This document shows, piece after piece, positions 1 to 9,126 of a DNA stretch of 30,490 bases (position 1 is the first letter of the stretch; each line of letters opens with the position of its first letter). Under the pieces are notes generated by a model. It had not been told where the DNA came from. It did no database searches and was given only the letters and a program-made list of their open reading frames with translations. This stretch comes from Desulfurococcaceae archaeon (lineage in GTDB: Archaea; Thermoproteota; Thermoprotei_A; Sulfolobales; Desulfurococcaceae): the NCBI GenBank assembly GCA_038824035.1, contig JAWBBW010000003.1:69916-100405 (forward strand), read 5' to 3'. The position numbers were made by a program, and so were the translations under genes.

Positions 1-1
1 T

Positions 2-760
2 GATCTCAGCTATGTAGCTCGCAGAAATCCAAACGAATATGCATTGATAATACCTGGTTCAGGAAGAGTACTTATACCATCCTCAGAATTGTTTGAATGG
101 GTTGAAAAAGGTGGTATAGTCATAGTGATGGATGAGTCAACATATATCTATCCATTATTAGACAGACTTGGACTTAGAATAGAGCGTTCTTTCAACAGCA
201 TTGATAGTGCTACATGTAATATCGACGGCGAGATCATCACTGTGGTGTTCAATGTATATGTTGTATTGAGAAATGTAGATAACTTGAAAGGAAATACCAC
301 GCCAATATGTCTCATAGATGGAAACCCCGTTGCATGGAAAATACCATATGGCAGGGGAGTGTTCTATGTCATCGGTGATTCGAGCATTGTTATAAACGAA
401 GTGTTATCACAACATAGTATATCAAGTGAGAACATGTTATTCCTCGAGATCCTGGTTCAGAGAAGAAAGATCATTTTCTACGATTCCTTCACGAGAAAAG
501 AGGTAACCACTATGGAAAGATTATTAGATGTTTTATCCTGGTTCATCAACGTAGTGACACATGCGGCGGGGGTTATAAAGACACAGGACATGTTAATAAG
601 GATCGTGGCTTACACGGTTCTAGCTGTGATACCAGCGTCTATATTATTCATAATGATTGGTGAATTGGAATTGCCACTTAGATATAAAGAGGAGTTATTA
701 AAGCCAAGCGAGGTGTTAGATCAGGTTAAGCGAAAACTACGTAAATATGTCGGGGCTTGA
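2..760 (+). CDS. DUF4350-like membrane-anchored protein, 5'-truncated by the window edge
   Basis: The frame is open from position 2 (DLSYVARRNPNEYALIIPG...). It has 'WVEKGGIVIVMDE' and 'YGRGVFYVIGDSSIVINE' segments typical of DUF4350/GATase-like folds and a C-terminal TM helix. Its stop overlaps the MoxR start (TTGA), the usual context. Confidence 0.7.
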   Translation, partial: DLSYVARRNPNEYALIIPGSGRVLIPSSELFEWVEKGGIVIVMDESTYIYPLLDRLGLRIERSFNSIDSATCNIDGEIITVVFNVYVVLRNVDNLKGNTTPICLIDGNPVAWKIPYGRGVFYVIGDSSIVINEVLSQHSISSENMLFLEILVQRRKIIFYDSFTRKEVTTMERLLDVLSWFINVVTHAAGVIKTQDMLIRIVAYTVLAVIPASILFIMIGELELPLRYKEELLKPSEVLDQVKRKLRKYVGA

Positions 761-1710
761 TCGACATGGAGCAAAGTGTTCTAGATATAAAGAGCAAAGT
801 TAATTCGTTATTTGACATTATCAGTAGCAAGGTGATTGGTAAGAGAAAAGAAATAGAACTAGTGATAGCAACTCTGCTAGCAGAGGGCCATGTATTATTA
901 GAAGGCGTGCCAGGTGTCGCGAAAACCCATATGGCCAAAACAATATCGCTGACACTAGGGCTGAGTTTTAAGAGAATTCAATCAACACCTGATATGCTTC
1001 CAAGCGACATAGTGGGCTCAATAGTGTTTGACACCAAGAAAGGCGAATTTGTATTTAGACAGGGCCCTATTTTCACCAATGTGTTATTCGTCGATGAAAT
1101 AAACAGACTACCGCCTAAGACACAGGCAGCTTTATTAGAGGCCATGCAGGAACTGCAGGTAACCGTTGAAGGAGTCACATATCCATTGCCGCGGCCATTT
1201 CTCGTCATAGCGACCATGAACCCCATAGAGATAGAGGGCACTTTTCCACTATCCGAGGCACAAGTAGATAGATTTTTATCCAAGATAACCCTAGGGTATC
1301 CATCATCAGATGAAATGGTTGAAATATTGTCAAGGTTTTACGAAATCAATGACTTAATGGACATTAAGCCTGTTATGCAAATTCACGATATAATTGAATC
1401 AATAGGGCTTGTTAAAAAGGTACATGTGGAGCAGAACATTGCAAGATATATAGCATATATAGTGGAGGCCACTAGAAAACACCCACTGGTTAAACTAGGC
1501 GCATCTCCGAGAGGGGCCATAGCGTTGTACAAGTTATCCAAGTCTATGGCCTTTTTGAGAGGTAGGGATTACGTGACGCCGGATGATGTCAAATATGTAG
1601 TGCATGCAGCGCTATCTCATAGAATTATATTGAAACCGGAGGCAAGGATATCCGGTATATCGCCCTTAGACATCTTAGACGAGGTATTAGAAAAGGTAGA
1701 GGTGCCTTGA
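757..1710 (+). CDS. moxR: MoxR-family AAA+ ATPase
   Basis: Motifs: GHVLLEGVPGVAKT (Walker A), RIQSTPDMLPSDIVG, FVDEINR (Walker B), ATMNPIEIEGTFPLSEAQVDRF, LGASPRG. Confidence 0.95.
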   Translation: MIDMEQSVLDIKSKVNSLFDIISSKVIGKRKEIELVIATLLAEGHVLLEGVPGVAKTHMAKTISLTLGLSFKRIQSTPDMLPSDIVGSIVFDTKKGEFVFRQGPIFTNVLFVDEINRLPPKTQAALLEAMQELQVTVEGVTYPLPRPFLVIATMNPIEIEGTFPLSEAQVDRFLSKITLGYPSSDEMVEILSRFYEINDLMDIKPVMQIHDIIESIGLVKKVHVEQNIARYIAYIVEATRKHPLVKLGASPRGAIALYKLSKSMAFLRGRDYVTPDDVKYVVHAALSHRIILKPEARISGISPLDILDEVLEKVEVP

Positions 1711-2966
1711 AGATCTCCAGAGCCGGCGTAGCCGCTATAATTATCAACATAGTGTCAATAATATACGCTTTCTCAACTAGGTCAATACTCATACTTTCCC
1801 TGGCACTTCTTCTAACGCTATTACTTTTTATGGATTACTCGAATACTAGGAGAATACGCGATGTTGTCTCTGGGCTGATCATAAAGAGGTCCATTAACAA
1901 TGCCACTGTGATAGAACTCGGCAAGTTCACCGTGAATTTACATATAACTAATAACTCGAATGAGTCCATACCGTGGCTTAAAATCATTGACATACAGCCA
2001 GAGTATGTCAAAGTTCCTCGAAGGGAGAACGAGATCTCTTTGACATTGCCCGGCAAGGCCAGTATCGATATATGTTACGATGCAATCTCACTTGCACCGG
2101 GTCTTTTGAAATACGATGAATCAGAAGTCTACGTCTCGGGGTATATGGGTTTTTTCCACGATAAATTGATATTTAAAATCCCTGGCCACGTAACATCTCT
2201 TCCCCTAACAATAGATATAGACATCGACCTGCGTTCAGTGGAGAGAATTATTTCCACATATATAAGGGGTAAATCCAACATAGGCCTATACGATCTCTCC
2301 AATATAAGGGACTATGTCAGTGGTGATGATGTGAGGAAAATACTGTGGAAACATTACGCGAGAACCGGTAAACTATACGTAAGGGAAGATTATGGAGAAT
2401 CAAGGATAAGAACACTGGTTATATTAGATAAAGCTCCTTTTGACTGGAACATAGGGGATAAGTGTAATACATTGGCACACATCAAGGCACGTGTGTTTTC
2501 CTCGCTGATAAATTATTTGATCAAGGCTGGTTCAAGAGTAGACGTTGTGGCTTGTGTGGATTCAACAGTCAAGATGGTCTCGGATATAGGAGATTCAGTG
2601 GACATTGTGAACAGGATCTACTCATCTATCCCAGCTGGTGGGGGGTGTACAACTACTGTGGATATATATTTATGGTGGTTCAAGTATTTATCCATAAAAC
2701 CAGAGGATTACGATGTAATAATCATGATCACATCTCCTATTTCATTGCTATACAACGAGCAAATCGCCTTGAAAAGATTGCTCTCAGTTCTAGCTGATAA
2801 GCTACACTTGGTTATGCCGATTTTTAAATATAATGTTGTGTTAGACGTTGAACCAGAGAAGCTGATTTCATCGCTATATAAATATTGCGGTGAAATAGGC
2901 ATAGGCAATATGTCCTTTATCGAGGAAAACATGGAAGTATTTGGTAGGGAAGATATATGTTCATAG
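1707..2966 (+). CDS. DUF58 domain protein (vWA-like MoxR partner) with N-terminal TM helices
   Basis: Carries the DUF58 signature 'IRDYVSGDDVRKILWKHYARTGKLYVRE' and two N-terminal hydrophobic helices. It is translationally coupled to moxR. Confidence 0.88.
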   Translation: MKISRAGVAAIIINIVSIIYAFSTRSILILSLALLLTLLLFMDYSNTRRIRDVVSGLIIKRSINNATVIELGKFTVNLHITNNSNESIPWLKIIDIQPEYVKVPRRENEISLTLPGKASIDICYDAISLAPGLLKYDESEVYVSGYMGFFHDKLIFKIPGHVTSLPLTIDIDIDLRSVERIISTYIRGKSNIGLYDLSNIRDYVSGDDVRKILWKHYARTGKLYVREDYGESRIRTLVILDKAPFDWNIGDKCNTLAHIKARVFSSLINYLIKAGSRVDVVACVDSTVKMVSDIGDSVDIVNRIYSSIPAGGGCTTTVDIYLWWFKYLSIKPEDYDVIIMITSPISLLYNEQIALKRLLSVLADKLHLVMPIFKYNVVLDVEPEKLISSLYKYCGEIGIGNMSFIEENMEVFGREDICS

Positions 2967-3607
2967 AGATTGCCGTGTTAGTTGTCATGGCGATCGCGTT
3001 ATTAATGGATCTTAAGTATTCAGGAGAAATATCACCGTTTATATCACTTGTAATAGTCTTGATTGGCGTCATCTGTGATTACCAGTATATAGTGATCGCG
3101 GGGATCTCGTTCTTCATTACACATAGACTCGTAATCCTATCAGTATATACGATCAAAATATACAAAGATCTGGCTGCGTTTATCGAGATAGTCAAAGAAC
3201 CATTGCTGTTATTTCTCTTGGTGACAATAGCTGGGATCATCTCGGCTAATGCGATAATCCCTGGCCTCGACCAATGGTCTTCCTCTGTAATTTTCTTATT
3301 AATAGTGTTGTTAGCCATAAGGAACATAGCTGGTATAAGAATAGATGATCTATCCTTTATAGGGGATTTTTTATTGAAAGACCTACACGACCTCATCAAC
3401 GGCATAGATGCTTTGTCCAATGTATTCATAGCGATAACATGTCTCATAGCGATGATCACATGGAGATTTACAGGGTTCTTAATATCCCTAGGCTATTTAA
3501 TAGTTGTTCTCATCGGCTCGAGGATACGAAGTAAAAGGCAGGGTGTTAAGAAATTGATCAAACTCATACCGACATTGCTCGGCCTCTTAATAGGATTTAT
3601 ATACTGA
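2957..3607 (+). CDS. multi-pass membrane protein, hypothetical
   Basis: 216 aa with about 6-7 hydrophobic segments. It overlaps the DUF58 stop, so it is likely in the same operon. Confidence 0.75.
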   Translation: MFIEIAVLVVMAIALLMDLKYSGEISPFISLVIVLIGVICDYQYIVIAGISFFITHRLVILSVYTIKIYKDLAAFIEIVKEPLLLFLLVTIAGIISANAIIPGLDQWSSSVIFLLIVLLAIRNIAGIRIDDLSFIGDFLLKDLHDLINGIDALSNVFIAITCLIAMITWRFTGFLISLGYLIVVLIGSRIRSKRQGVKKLIKLIPTLLGLLIGFIY

Positions 3608-3653
3608 GAGAGAAATCCTAATACCTAGCACGCGTAGATGGCGGTAAGGAGAA

Positions 3654-3836
3654 TTGCCAGCATTTAATACATGGTTACTAATAATACTGCTTATGGCTTC
3701 GTTGATTTTCCTAGGTATAAGTGTGTTTCTATCACTTATCGACAAATATATACAAGCACTTTTCTCATTTATAGCTGGCCTGATATTGTTAAGTAGCTTT
3801 CTCGCATTAGTGAGAGAATTCAAGCTAAGGCAATGA
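3654..3836 (+). CDS. small 2-TM membrane protein
   Basis: 60 aa with two hydrophobic helices and a basic C-terminus. AAGGAG lies just upstream of the TTG start. Confidence 0.6.
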   Translation: MPAFNTWLLIILLMASLIFLGISVFLSLIDKYIQALFSFIAGLILLSSFLALVREFKLRQ

Positions 3837-3927
3837 TGTTTGTGGGATTTCAGTGAAAAACGTATATTATATGATTTTAAAAGTAGGTACCCGATATCTT
3901 GAAAATAGCTTCAAATAACCATAAAGG

Positions 3928-4902
3928 GTGGTGTTAGATGCGCCCTACACATTGATCAAGAGCAAAGTAGAGGTGGAGGCCCCAGCATCCATAGCGAACC
4001 TTGGCCCGGGCTTTGACCTATTGGCAGTCGCGATCGATGCTTATCGTGACAGAGTGGTTGTAAAGGCTGAACAAGGTAATGGCGATATATATCTAGTGGT
4101 TAATGGTTACGAAGTCCCCAGTGATGGAAACAACGTGGCATATGTGGTCACAAGGGAGTTTATTAAAAAGGAGGGGATTAAAGACATCGATGTCCGCATA
4201 GAACTGGTGAAAGGTGTCCCTGTCGGTGCCGGGCTTGGTAGTTCAGCGGCGACGTCTGTGGCAATATCTTATGCTCTCCATGTTTTATTTAAACCCGTTG
4301 TTGATATGTCAAGTATATTGTATTACTCAGCAATAGGTGAGGCATTCGTAGCGGGGGTACCTCATTATGATAATATCTCGGCTAGCCTATATGGAGGCTT
4401 TGTCTTTATAGACCATAGCAATATGCGTGTATATGCATTTAAGCCATGTATGGATATATATATAGGCGTTGTAACACCATTAAGTAGTGTAATAAGAGAA
4501 CGTAAGACTCAAATATCGAGATCACTTCTGCCCCCGGCGATCAGTCTAGAAGACCATGTCCGCCAATCCTCTAGCCTGGTGAAACTCGTTTACTCTATTA
4601 TGAAATGTGATCCAAGGTTGTTTGGGGAGGCCATTACACAGGACTACTTAATAGAACCGGCTAGATCAAAACTCATACCTTATTACAACGAGTTGAAGAA
4701 AATAGCACTTGATAACGGGGCCTATGGTTTCAACATAGCTGGTGCAGGGCCCTCGGTGTTTTTCATACATGAGGATAGAGATGTAGTGACAAACATAGCT
4801 AAGACATTGGTAGAGTTCTATTTAAAACATGGAATAGAATCTGTTTATGTAATCACAAAGCCAAGAGATAAAGGGTCAGAGATAATCAGGGCTGATGATT
4901 AG
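3928..4902 (+). CDS. thrB: homoserine kinase (GHMP family)
   Basis: Motifs: PASIANLGPGFDLL, PVGAGLGSSAA (GHMP ATP loop), HYDNI, IAGAGPSV. Confidence 0.92.
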   Translation: MVLDAPYTLIKSKVEVEAPASIANLGPGFDLLAVAIDAYRDRVVVKAEQGNGDIYLVVNGYEVPSDGNNVAYVVTREFIKKEGIKDIDVRIELVKGVPVGAGLGSSAATSVAISYALHVLFKPVVDMSSILYYSAIGEAFVAGVPHYDNISASLYGGFVFIDHSNMRVYAFKPCMDIYIGVVTPLSSVIRERKTQISRSLLPPAISLEDHVRQSSSLVKLVYSIMKCDPRLFGEAITQDYLIEPARSKLIPYYNELKKIALDNGAYGFNIAGAGPSVFFIHEDRDVVTNIAKTLVEFYLKHGIESVYVITKPRDKGSEIIRADD

Positions 4903-4913
4903 GCAAGTTATGG

Positions 4914-5396
4914 TCATTGTTCATGCACCATGTTGTCCACATCTTCTAGTGGCAATGTTGTTAACCCGTATTTTAATATCCTGTTTATAAGTTTCTTAAC
5001 AGTTCTCGAGACATCAGCGGCATTGACAGCGCTTCTAAGCGATATCCAAGCCACATCAACAACATCTCCACCGGGTCTCAGAGAGCCCTTAATACTCTTG
5101 GGGTCGAACAACACATCCAATATTAGATAGTGATATTTCACATCACCCCGCTCATCGAGTACTATGTTGTTCAAAACCCATAAGATCCCTGTAGGCTCCG
5201 CCTCTATACCTGTCTCTTCCTTCAACTCACGTTTTGCTGCCTCCCCTATTCTCTCTCCGCGCTCCATAGCACCGCCTGGTATAGACCATTTTCCCTTGCC
5301 AGGTGGATATGCGCGACGAACCAGTAAGATCTCATCATTATCAATTAATACAGCACCAACAGCGGCTATGGGGTAGGCGGGGTAGAGCCGGCTCAA
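4914..5396 (-). CDS. Nudix hydrolase (ADP-ribose pyrophosphatase-like)
   Basis: Complete Nudix box GGAMERGERIGEAAKRELKEETGI, plus ILLVRR..PGKGKWSIPGG. Confidence 0.93.
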   Translation of the reverse strand: MSRLYPAYPIAAVGAVLIDNDEILLVRRAYPPGKGKWSIPGGAMERGERIGEAAKRELKEETGIEAEPTGILWVLNNIVLDERGDVKYHYLILDVLFDPKSIKGSLRPGGDVVDVAWISLRSAVNAADVSRTVKKLINRILKYGLTTLPLEDVDNMVHEQ

Positions 5397-5431
5397 TGCA
5401 ATATCCTACCTCGGGTGTTTTGAGCTAAATT

Positions 5432-5503
5432 TACTATAATAGTATATAGCAAGAGTTTTTATAAAACAAGCCATCACTAACATTGGGATATAGCACACTA
5501 TAT
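5432..5503. promoter_or_regulatory. divergent promoter region (Nudix / flavoprotein) with palindromes
   Basis: TACTAT-A-ATAGTA at 5432-5444, a TATA-like GTTTTTATAAAAC at 5455-5467, and ATATAG-CACA-CTATAT at 5488-5503. Confidence 0.45.
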
Positions 5504-5524
5504 TAACTAGCTAGGTGAATTAAA

Positions 5525-6235
5525 ATGTTAACTCCAAAGATCCTAGTATTGAACGGGTCTCCGAGGAAATATGGCTCATCATCCCAATTAGCTGGCGTAG
5601 TTATGAAGGGCATACTCGATGCCGGGGGTATAGGAGAGGAGATATTTCTATACGACTACGATATAAAGCCTTGTAAGGGCTGCGTTTCAGATGGCAATAA
5701 ATACTGTAAATTCCCCTGTGTAATAAACGATGATTTCAACCAGATAGGCATGAAAATACTGAGCTCAGATGGCCTAGTAATAACGACACCAGTATATTGG
5801 TATGCACCCAGCGGGGTGCTCAAGAACTTCATAGATAGATTAACCAGTATGGAGCACATGATATTCAAAGCTGGTAGGAGTCTCTTAGAGGGTAAAGTCG
5901 CTGGCTTTGTGGTCACAGGTCTTGATAGTGGTGTGATGATGACAATATCATACCTAATAACAGTATTTAATAGCATGGGGGTTCATATAATTCCATGGAG
6001 CATGGCATATAGTCATTTGGAGGACGTTTCCGTGGATGAACAGGCCCTTAGAGATGCTTATAATGTTGGATATATAGCGGTCTTGACGGCCAAGGCGCTT
6101 AAGTCATTTGGACAGCACATCGGCTATAGACCAGATGTCGACATCAAGGTATTAGCGGAGATTGCGAGAAAACGATATCTAGATAACATCGATAAACGCG
6201 AGGAGAGGATCAGGGGGTTTGAAAGCCTCTTTTAG
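5525..6235 (+). CDS. flavodoxin-fold iron-sulfur flavoprotein (Isf/WrbA, NADPH-dependent FMN reductase family)
   Basis: Motifs: LNGSPRKYGSS, a Cys cluster CKGC-X7-C-X3-C, TPVYWYAPSGVLKNFIDRL. The SD site AGGTGA is 6 nt upstream of the ATG. Confidence 0.88.
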   Translation: MLTPKILVLNGSPRKYGSSSQLAGVVMKGILDAGGIGEEIFLYDYDIKPCKGCVSDGNKYCKFPCVINDDFNQIGMKILSSDGLVITTPVYWYAPSGVLKNFIDRLTSMEHMIFKAGRSLLEGKVAGFVVTGLDSGVMMTISYLITVFNSMGVHIIPWSMAYSHLEDVSVDEQALRDAYNVGYIAVLTAKALKSFGQHIGYRPDVDIKVLAEIARKRYLDNIDKREERIRGFESLF

Positions 6236-6935
6236 CTGTACCGGGGGTTTCACACAATTCCTTGACCAGTGATTCCAATATCGAGCTGGAACTCCACGGC
6301 CCAATTCTCTTATCTATTTTAACTACCTTTACATCTCTCATGCCTCTTTTCCCTAGCTCTTTTTTAAGCTCTTCGGGCTCAATCCATTGATCTGGCCCTA
6401 GCAGTATTATATCTGGCCCTAGATCCATAATTGGCTTTAAGAAATCGCCTTCATCACCTAATACAGCGTCTGTCACGTATTTCACGTGTTTGACCACGTA
6501 TAGACGATCGTTTTCGCCGAGGACGGGTTTTCTCTTCTTAAATCTCTCGAAGTTCGTATCCCTCGACACTATGACAAAGACATTCCCCAGCTCCCATGCC
6601 TTTTTCAATACATATATATGTCCTGGATGAAGCAATTCAAAGCTACCTGCGACAACTACTCGAGGCCTTTTAAGCAATGATGATGAGGATCTCCACTCCG
6701 CCTTTATATACCCCATATATCTTAGTGCATCAATGATGCCCTCAGCATAGGCTATACAGGCAAGGCTTGTGAAAGAATCCCCCTTCTCGAGATAGTAAAT
6801 CGCATCGCTTAGATAGGATTTAACCAACTCAATCAACGGTTTCACATCTTTATCAATGGGTTTTTCATCCATTTCACTAACTAGTTGCTTGACATTCTCT
6901 ATATATGCCTTGACCCTATCCATCGCACTAGTCAT
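6210..6935 (-). CDS. ribL: DUF357 domain fused to FAD synthase (RibL-type cytidylyltransferase family)
   Basis: The N-terminal part is DUF357-like (YLSDAIYYLEKGD..SLACIAYAEGIIDALR). The C-terminal part has AGSFELLHPGH (HxGH), VIVSRD, KRKPV and DIILLGPDQ. I moved the start to ATG 6935, which lies behind an AGGTGG SD. Confidence 0.8.
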   Translation of the reverse strand: MTSAMDRVKAYIENVKQLVSEMDEKPIDKDVKPLIELVKSYLSDAIYYLEKGDSFTSLACIAYAEGIIDALRYMGYIKAEWRSSSSLLKRPRVVVAGSFELLHPGHIYVLKKAWELGNVFVIVSRDTNFERFKKRKPVLGENDRLYVVKHVKYVTDAVLGDEGDFLKPIMDLGPDIILLGPDQWIEPEELKKELGKRGMRDVKVVKIDKRIGPWSSSSILESLVKELCETPGTAKRGFQTP

Positions 6936-7030
6936 TTTAACCACCTATATCGTTAATTAATCGAGAACCATTATAATTAACAAAACACCGGTAATACAAA
7001 CTCAATACATGGATACATATCGTCTTGACA

Positions 7031-7103
7031 ATTACATCAGGATCTGTAAGATGTAATACCATTTAAAGGCCTCATAGCCATCGACCTGGGAAATTTTTAA
7101 ATA
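7031..7103 (+). promoter_or_regulatory. promoter of ABC operon with 8-bp inverted repeat (candidate operator)
   Basis: ATTACATC-N11-GATGTAAT at 7031-7057. TATA-like ATTTAAA at 7061 and GGGAAATTTTTAAATA (BRE+TATA) at 7088-7103. Confidence 0.5.
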
Positions 7104-7147
7104 ACCAATTTACATAGTAGAGAATAGACATGAGGTGTTAATATTCA

Positions 7148-8140
7148 ATGAAATGGTATATACGGAGAACATTATACACGCTCTTGTCATGGTTCCTGGC
7201 CATAACAGTGACATACGCTGTCATAAGGGCCTCCCCAGGAGATCCAGCGACCATATTGTTCTCTGAGTTCAGAGCTGCTGGCTATTCCATTGAGGATGCC
7301 AGGAAACTTGTCCAGATGTATATAGGTATATTGCCCGATGAGCCTCCATGGCTTTCAGCAATTAAGTTATTCGCCAATTTATTCAGAGGGGATTTAGGTG
7401 TTTCAATAGTTTGGAGATTACCTGTTACAAGACTAATAGGCATTATGTTACCGTGGTCATTGTTCTTCGCAGCATGGTCACTTATGTGGACAGTAATTAT
7501 TGGCGTAATATTGGGATTGATAATGGCCTATTACAGGCATAACAAAATACTACATTCCTCTTTGAGAACAATATTCGCAGTGTTAACTGCTGCACCGGTT
7601 TGGTTATTAGCGGTTATATTGCATTTATACCTAGCCATAGGATTTAAGATATTTCCAATTGGTCAGCCATATCCGCAAGGAGTGACACCGGGTTTATCAT
7701 TGGAATTTATTGGAGGGGTCTTATGGCATTACACATTACCCACAATAGTACAGGTCATGGTTTCATTCCCAGGGTGGTCTCTTGGAATGATGGCAGCGGC
7801 TGTTTCAGTGCTTCACGATGATTATGTTGATTATGCAAAAGCAAGGGGTATACCAGGTAGGAGGATCTTGATATCTTATGTTGCGAGGAACTCGATATTG
7901 CCAATATATACACGCATAGCCCCAACTCTTGCCGGGATGTTGGTAGGCCTTGTTTGGATCGAGTCGCGTTTTGTATTGCCTGGCGTTGGTTCTTTGCTGG
8001 CAACAGCTATAGGTAGAAGGGATTATCCATTAATGATGGGCTGTTATTTCATAGTTATAACAGCAGTGGTGTTTGGAAACCTATTAACAGATCTGACATA
8101 TGGCCTGATAGATCCACGTGCTAGGTATGGAGAGGTGTAA
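7148..8140 (+). CDS. dppB: Dpp/Opp-family ABC transporter permease (DppB-like)
   Basis: Motifs: IRASPGDP, GDLGVSI, EAA-loop DYVDYAKARGI, PGVGSLL..AIGRRDYP. Confidence 0.92.
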   Translation: MKWYIRRTLYTLLSWFLAITVTYAVIRASPGDPATILFSEFRAAGYSIEDARKLVQMYIGILPDEPPWLSAIKLFANLFRGDLGVSIVWRLPVTRLIGIMLPWSLFFAAWSLMWTVIIGVILGLIMAYYRHNKILHSSLRTIFAVLTAAPVWLLAVILHLYLAIGFKIFPIGQPYPQGVTPGLSLEFIGGVLWHYTLPTIVQVMVSFPGWSLGMMAAAVSVLHDDYVDYAKARGIPGRRILISYVARNSILPIYTRIAPTLAGMLVGLVWIESRFVLPGVGSLLATAIGRRDYPLMMGCYFIVITAVVFGNLLTDLTYGLIDPRARYGEV

Positions 8141-8145
8141 TAACC

Positions 8146-9126
8146 ATGAAAAGCGAGTCATCGAGGTTGTATGAGATATATAGTGGCCTATATGCAAACC
8201 TAGTGTTCTTTTTCAGGATTCTTTGGAGAAGAAAAAGAGCTCTAGTCGGATTTCTGATCCTATTGATCGTGTATGTCATACCAGCAATACTCGTGGTAAC
8301 CAGGGTCATACCAAGGCTTCCACCGGCAAGAGGCGGTTGGGAAAACATGTATAGACCGCCCTCACTTGATGATTTCCCATGGTATATACTGGGGACAGAA
8401 TCCACGGGGCGTCCATTATTGTTATGTCTCTTACATGGAATACCGCCGGCATTGTCGATAGCATTCCTAGCTGGGATAATAACGGTAGGTGTTGGCTTGG
8501 TTATAGGGCTCTCAGCTGGCTATATCGGTGGATGGGTGGATGCGGGACTAGTAGTTGTAATAGATGTTGCACAGAGTATACCGGCGCTGTTCCTGTCACT
8601 GATACTCTCAGCCACATTACCAACCGAGTTGAAAGGCAATCCGCTGATTATAGCTGGTGTGTTGAGTATTACGGCATGGGCCGGACTAGCCAGGGCTGTT
8701 AGAGCACAGGTCTTTTCACTGAAGAGGAGAGAAGTTATCGAGGTTGCCAAGGTACTCGGATTCAGTACGTGGAAAATAATTTTTGGTGAAATAATGAGGT
8801 ATATCATGCCATTCATATTTATGAGCTTGATAGGAGCGGTCGTGGGCTCTATAGGTGGTTATTTCGGCTTAGCATTTCTGGGATTATTCCCACTAGATCC
8901 TACTAATTGGAGCTGGCAAATAAGTAGAGCATTAGATTACCTAGGCGCCCTGGGATTGATAAGGGGGGGTAGGGCGCAATTAGGATTCTGGGCCCCTACA
9001 GTGATGATCATATTATTGCAAACGTCTTTGATATATCTCTCGGAGATAGTTGAGGAGTTATTTAACCCGATCTTAAGGGTCATGATCATAAGGGAATTAG
9101 AGACTAAGAAGGTGAGATCTAAGTGA
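8146..9126 (+). CDS. dppC: Dpp/Opp-family ABC transporter permease (DppC-like)
   Basis: Motifs: PPS...LGTESTGR, GLSAGYIGGWVD, WAGLARAVRAQVFSLKRREVIEVAKVLG. Confidence 0.92.
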   Translation: MKSESSRLYEIYSGLYANLVFFFRILWRRKRALVGFLILLIVYVIPAILVVTRVIPRLPPARGGWENMYRPPSLDDFPWYILGTESTGRPLLLCLLHGIPPALSIAFLAGIITVGVGLVIGLSAGYIGGWVDAGLVVVIDVAQSIPALFLSLILSATLPTELKGNPLIIAGVLSITAWAGLARAVRAQVFSLKRREVIEVAKVLGFSTWKIIFGEIMRYIMPFIFMSLIGAVVGSIGGYFGLAFLGLFPLDPTNWSWQISRALDYLGALGLIRGGRAQLGFWAPTVMIILLQTSLIYLSEIVEELFNPILRVMIIRELETKKVRSK

